Assembly: GCF_006345805.1 (NCBI RefSeq)
Contig: NC_043003.1
Span: 89,466,001-89,530,000 of the forward strand
Direction: 5' to 3'
DNA from: Octopus sinensis
Taxonomy: Eukaryota
Length of the DNA stretch: 64,000 nucleotides
The position numbers and the translations under genes are program-made. The notes under the pieces were generated by a model, which worked only from the letters and a program-made list of their open reading frames with translations, was not told the origin of the DNA and did no database searches. Positions 58,701 through 64,000 of this stretch are shown in pieces (within the stretch, counting starts at the first letter, position 1; every line of letters begins with the position of its first letter).

Positions 58701-60430
58701 GCTGCTAATCTCAAACCAACCCGAAAAGTGGCGTCTGATTTACAATGATGTCCCAAATCAATGAGAGTAAAAGAGTTGCTGCAGCCCAGAAGAAACGGCC
58801 ACTCCGCAAAGCCAGAGTTACCTGAGCCCTAAGTGTCACACGCTTCCATACGCGCCCTGCATGTGAGGATAGATTCATGACCTGGATGGGGCTCATCAGG
58901 TAACTTTGGATCTAGCAGACCAGATATATAAGCCAGTTTGAATCTTGGTCATCTTTGACAACGAAGGACGAACAAAAAACAATATTGTGTTTCTCAATGT
59001 TCTGTGTAGAAACATAATCGGAGTTGACTTTGCTTTTACCATCAGTAATATATTGATGTCGATTTAATCAGCTGTACTCATTCCTCCTACAAAACTTTTT
59101 AAGTGAGAAATCAATTTTGTGTTGAAGTAAGTTATTTAAGTGATAGATATTTCTAATTGGAAATTGAAACCAGGTCGTAGACTCAATTTTCTAGGAAACT
59201 GGGCAAAATGAAAGAAATGAAATATGTATTACATCGGAACAAGCTGAATTATTCATTTAAACGGAAGATTGTGCTGGAGATATCAAATTAGATTCTTGCT
59301 ATAATAGAATTCATTATTCGTTTCATCTCTGCAATATGACTTCAATCAGTCGAACTTTATCGATTTACAAAGATTTCAATTGCCCTAAGTGGTTTAATAC
59401 AATATTGGATCGATATTCTGCCCGATATTTTCATAATGCTAAGCAATTGGAAGCATCATAAACAGGCGGCGAATCTGTGAACGAACCAATATAAATTTGG
59501 TCAGAGATAAAGTTTTCTTCCGAGAATTTGGTTTCCTTCTGTTCTGGTTGTTATAAGTTTAAGGACTAAGATATTCTGAATTAAAACCAAAAAATAAAAA
59601 AAATAAAGAAATAAAGAAACAAAACAATTCCAAATTAAATGCAATAAATAATACAGATACGAAAAAATAAAAAAAAATAAACAGTTCTGAAACATGTCTG
59701 GTGATTGTTAGAATTTGTATTTCGTTGTTATTTATAAATCTATTGTTTCTAACTTATCCATGTTCAGTTGCTTCAGCATGAGCGCCACCGTCTAGAAGTG
59801 TAAAACTAGGTGATCATGCTTCAATTGACGGTTAGTGCACTTTAATTTCATTTACATCACTTATACACTTGGAAAAGCACCAGCATTAAATTGGTATATT
59901 TCTCTCCACATGTTGTAAACGATATGGCTTCGTCAAAATAAGCCAATGGTGTCACCAAGCTTAACAGCAACAACATTAACAACGAGAAGAAAATTAAGAG
60001 AAAATAATAACTACATTTGCTGCTGCTGCTGCTACTACTACTACTACTAACCCTAACTGCTGCTGCTGCAACAATAAAGATATCTATTTGATAAACATAT
60101 TTGTGTTGATCAGAAATGCGTTGTGGGTAATGGCTAGTTCATGATTTTGTACTTTTACCGCCAAGACTGTTTTAATAGACTTAACGACAGACTGTAGAAA
60201 TCTCAGACACACTCACAAAAAAGAAAAGAAAAAAAACCCCGCTTTTAGCAACTGTTTTGTTCATTAGAAGTGTTAATGAGTTTTCCACGTGTTTTTAAAG
60301 CAGATATCCTATAAGTATGTTTTGTGTTCTTTGAATATCTATTTTCCTTTGGTTTATCAAGATAAGAACTCATCTTTCACCGGAAGATAAAACGCTTCCT
60401 AGTTTTCGAGACGACTTTTGTACAAATTAA

Positions 60431-60610
60431 GGCGGCGAGCTGGCAGGATCGTCAGCACGCCGGGCAAAATGCTTAGTGGTGTTTCGTCCGTCTTTACGTT
60501 CTGTGTTCAAATTCTGCTGAGGTTGAACTTACCTTTCATCCTTTTGGGGTCGATAAAATAAGTACCTAATCTCACTCCCAAAATTACTGACCTGTGTCAA
60601 AATTTGAAAT
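60431..60610 (+). mobile_element. tRNA-derived SINE
   Basis: ggcggcgagctggcaggatcgtcagcacgccgggc...gttcaaattc...ggggtcgataaaataagtacc. Confidence 0.8.
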
Positions 60611-62623
60611 GAATATTTTGTATAAATTAAAAAGAAAAAGACCCAAAAATCTCTATTTCATTAATTCATGGGACGCACGGAGAACAGTGACAATCTAAAC
60701 AATAACGTAACTATTCATTCTTAATACATTCTGGCAGATTCGAGTGTGAATATCTTATTGCTATTGTTTTTCGTCGGCGGAGAACACGTCATCTCTTTAA
60801 ATGTGGATTTATCACAACGCGATTCACCGGTGTTAGAAAACTTTGAGATATCGCACTGTTTCGACCTCGTTTCGTGCACTTGTCAGATTCATCGGTAGCT
60901 TCGACTGAGTATACGCACGATGAGATCGAAACACTGCGGTCTCTCCAAATCCCCTTATACTGACGAAAAAGAACAACGATCAGATTCACGCTCGAATTAA
61001 CCAGTGAGTATTAATGGATGCGTTGTCTACTTTACAAATATTTTCCATATTATGGCAGTCTCAATGGACGTTATACTGTAGTTTACTTATGAGTTCTCCC
61101 CAAGTACAAACAAATGTCTCAATAGATACTGAATCTGACGCAAGAATCTGATTTTAGAATTTTTAAGTTGCTCGTGTTTTAGAAGAGAAATTTACGTATG
61201 CAATAGAGCATACTATCTCCTTCCATATTCAGTAAAACTAAGCCTGGCCTACTGTTCTTATATCGGATATATGTTTTGAAGGAATATAATTTTTGATTCC
61301 TGTTTAGGATAGAAGTATCAAGGCTTTCTTCCAGATTATCGGCATTGCTTCATTTTATCGGATACGTGGTCAGCATATAACAACTTGGATAATATTGAAT
61401 ATAGAACCGTTAACCAGTGGAGAAATTTTGTAAATTGGGTCAGTGGACAGTAAACATACAAGACTGGGGCTCACGTGACTGTGTGCGAAAAATGAGTCTA
61501 AGGTTACAAAAGGAACAAGTGATGTGATCTAAAAATATCTCTCAGATTCAGAGGTTTTGGTGCCGAAATATTTCGTTAATTTGGAAGTCAAATAACCATT
61601 GATCTTTATTCTCAGTCTTCTTTAAATCATTTGTTTTATAAAATTAATAGCCATTTTAGTTGGATGTAAATCAAAAGTGTTTGAGCAATGGAGGCACGAA
61701 ACTGAACTAGCCTCGAAAGTTTTTCGGGTCTTTATAAAAATTATACGCAAATCGTCGAGAAGGTTCGTGGACTACTGGTTAGGATGTTAGACTCCCGATC
61801 ATATGGTCGTGATTTCAATTCCTGAACAAGGTAGCATGTTGTATCCTTGAACACTTCATTTCACGTTGCTCCAGTCCATTCAGTTGTAAATGAGTTTCAA
61901 CTCTTTTTCCTTCCATCTGTCACACCCTCAATGTTACGCAGGGTCAAGGGTGCGAGGGCCCTAGACGGTTTCTATGTCTTCTCAGGACTACATAGGTACC
62001 TAAAACAATTAGCGAAAGCATGGTATCTGCCACCAGCTCATACATGCTTGTTAGTAATGGATATGGCGCTTCTTTTAAAGATAAAAATAATCGTTAGTAC
62101 GTTTGCAACGAACAAACAGCATCGAAAAAGGTACACCTTGTGTTTATTGGTTTCTTATGTAACTTACACAGTTTCTGTTGTTGTCTTCAGTATTAGTGGT
62201 CATGTAGTTAAATTATACGACGATGGCAATGATGATGATCAGTACCTTTGAAGTGGCTCGGGATACAAACCTCCAGTTGACTTGCATTCTGATCTATTGT
62301 CTCTGTTGTTACATCAAACTATGAATATTTAGAGCGATTTAACAAACCCCAGACATGGTTGTATAAGTTGGTTTGATATTTACGTATGGAAACAGTAGTT
62401 GAACGCACGGAGAGATGTTAAACTATCGTAAATCTATTCACCAGCAGGCTTTCGGAATAACTACCTCGAGTAAAACAGAATTTTTTTTTAACCACTGGGA
62501 ATTTTCCGACATTTTATTGCATCTCATACTGCGTAACACTTGTAAATCGCTTTTATTATAAAAATGTTTTTCAAATTTCTCAGCTCCCCACCACTACCAT
62601 CATTCCTTCGGAATAGCTGCCGC

Positions 62624-63406
62624 GGATCTTTTCCTTTTGAACGGCAGTTTTCAACATAATTTCTAGTTAACTAAACACTTTTAAACTTCGTATACTGGTA
62701 GAATGTGTCAAAATATAACATTTTTTTCTCTTGGCTTTCTTGAGAAAATTGTAATTTGTAAGTTTAACGTAGTTTAATTTTTCGAATTTTAACCAATCCT
62801 ATGGCCTCTATTGAGCTAAAATAATTTGCTACGTCTAAAACAGAGACAACATCCTGTCACTAACCCTAACCCTAACCCTCACCCTAATTCTAACCCTAAC
62901 CCTAAATTTTAGCCTTTCGTTTATTTTTTCTTAATTGTTAAATTAATTTAATTGTTACGCGCGTGTCTAAAATTATTCGTTTTATTTTTGTTTTGAGTTT
63001 TTTCTTTCGTTTTAGCCTTTCGTTTTTTTTTTAATTGTTAAATTAAAATTATTTACCATTGCTTTCGTTTTAGCCTTTCGTTTTTTTTTTCTTGTTAATT
63101 TAACAATTAAGAAAAAAAAAACGAAAGGCTAAAATTTAGGGTTAGGGTTAGGGTGAGAGTTAGGGTTAGTGACAGGATGTTGTCTCAGTTTTAGACGCAG
63201 CAAATGATTTTAGCTCAATAGAGGCCATAGGATTGGTTAAAATTCGAAAAATTAAACTACGTTAAACTTACAAGTTACAATTTTCTCAAGAAAGCCAAAA
63301 GAAAAAAAATGTTTTATTTTGACACATTCTACCAGTATACGAAGTTTAAAAGTGTTTAGTTAACTAGAAATTATGTTGAAAACTACCGTTCAAAAGGAAA
63401 AGATCC
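62624..63406. mobile_element. Complete 783-bp palindromic GGATC-family MITE with 8-bp TSD and internal telomeric repeats
   Basis: GCTGCCGC duplicated at 62616-62623 and 63407-63414; near-perfect inverted arms; (TAACCC)n at about 62861-62905 and (TTAGGG)n at about 63136-63169. Confidence 0.93.
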
Positions 63407-63584
63407 GCTGCCGCAATTAATTTTTTTCTCTTTCGCTATTTTTCATCAGTCTAGTATCCCATCCACACGCTGAAATACTTCTGAGACTTGTAATTTGTAT
63501 CTAAACATTTCTGCTTAACGAAAATTATCAAGTAATTCCTATTGAATGCAATCAGTCAAAACCATGTTATATACATATGCATGT

Positions 63585-63619
63585 ATGCACACACACACAC
63601 GCACACGCACTCACACACA

Positions 63620-63695
<76 letters not shown>
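63585..63695. repeat. (CA)n microsatellite
   Basis: Direct reading. Confidence 0.95.
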
Positions 63696-63698
<3 letters not shown>

Positions 63699-64000
63699 TC
63701 TGTCTTGCTTTGTCGCAAGGTCTGCTTGAGACTGAGTTGAGCTGGTCAATTAAGATATACTTCGGAAGTATATGTCACCATTACCGAAGTGGGTGGCTTT
63801 GTCAACATTGTGTAAAGTGTACATGTGGATGTTGTTGTTGGCTGCGAGAATAATAACCGGTACAAACTCACGAACGTTTAACTTGAACATCATGATATTT
63901 TGTTGTTGGTTATTTACAGTGAACAACATTAACAATTGCCGATGGAAGAGAGAGAAAAACTGATCTGAAAATATAGAAAACTATCTGTGTGACATGCGGT

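Overview
AT-rich, repeat-dense eukaryotic DNA. The SINE, RTE-LINE and microsatellite landscape looks like an octopus (coleoid cephalopod) genome; this is an inference. The only protein-coding gene I can build is the 3' part of POLR3A/RPC1, the largest RNA polymerase III subunit. It has 14 plus-strand exons at 3401-38946 that splice in frame (1395 nt, 464 aa plus stop) and encode the trigger loop and C-terminus, with AATAAA at 38983. Two of its introns are minor-spliceosome (U12) introns: a GT-AG intron inside the trigger-loop coding sequence (9235-9945) and a 5-kb AT-AC last intron (33862-38864). The introns hold Penelope-like retroelement pieces carrying hammerhead ribozyme motifs. These include an apparently intact type I hammerhead with an unusually long stem II (21987-22093, minus strand), a minimal variant on the sense strand (11017-11051), and two decayed copies in inverted terminal repeats around a GIY-YIG ORF. 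Other elements are ORF1-only Tx1/L1-like gag copies, piggyBac and mariner MITEs, and a GGATC-ended MITE family with 8-bp TSDs and internal telomeric repeats. One pair of the latter shows the footprint of a reversed-ends transposition inversion. A CpG-rich promoter with a probable first micro-exon (MAE-) lies at about 48.1 kb; I could not identify its downstream exons. Most ORFs in the supplied track are microsatellite or repeat artefacts.
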